Below are positions 63,586 to 64,000 of a DNA stretch of 64,000 bases, piece after piece. The notes under the pieces were generated by a model that did no database searches, had not been told where the DNA came from, and worked only from the letters and a program-made list of their open reading frames with translations. Source of the stretch: Felis catus (taxonomy: Eukaryota); the NCBI RefSeq assembly GCF_018350175.1, contig NC_058368.1:236222001-236286000 (forward strand). The letters are read 5' to 3'. Each line of letters starts with the position of its first letter. The first letter of the stretch is position 1. Both the position numbers and the translations under genes were made by a program.

Positions 63586-64000
63586 CTTACTGACTTCAGA
63601 AGCAGGATAGTTGCTGCATCCTCATGGGTCATTGGCCGCGGGCCGTGACCCCCAAGTCAGGAGTTGTACTTGGAGAAGAGGGCAGAGCTGCGCGGGGAAT
63701 GGGGACTCCCACGGGGGCCTGATCACGGAGGCCGTGGAGGCCGTGCTGGGGAGGCGCCTCTGCTCCAGATTTGCAGCCTTTGCTTTGCTGTAAATCTTCA
63801 ACGAAGAGTATAGGTAACGTTCCCAGAAAGGAAAACTTTGGCGAGGCAGAAAGAAGTGTTCTAACCGCAACATTGAATTACAGGGAAGACTAAGGCGCAG
63901 AGAGAATGTTAAGTACCGCGACTATAATAAAAAAGAATAATTAACGATCAGAGAGGACGCTTCCGTCTTAGTCCGTGATGATGCAGAAGAGAGGTGAGAG

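Overview
Mammalian, carnivore-type genomic DNA, most likely felid: it carries 16 tRNA-derived Can-SINEs, two of them near-intact SINEC_Fc-type copies, plus carnivore L1 3' ends. I cannot support any protein-coding exon, tRNA/rRNA gene or CRISPR array; the supplied ORFs come from SINEs, microsatellites, GC-rich sequence or chance. The window reads as non-coding (gene desert or large intron). It contains SINE, L1, L2, MIR, CR1, MaLR/ERVL LTR and DNA-transposon fossils, and several repeat-free AT-rich blocks dense in homeodomain-type motifs (candidate developmental enhancers; the strongest has 13 TGACA/TGTCA sites in about 640 bp). It also has one CpG island with a strong CTCF-like motif (about 58.4-59.3 kb) and a 795-bp polypyrimidine tract with higher-order structure. 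The most notable details are that enhancer-like cluster, a young L1 with an apparent short 3' transduction, a complete TA-flanked Tigger-like element nested in an older LTR, and AT-to-GC drift in old repeats. I found no evidence of a new multi-gene system. Repeat family names are by-eye recognitions and boundaries of old elements are approximate.
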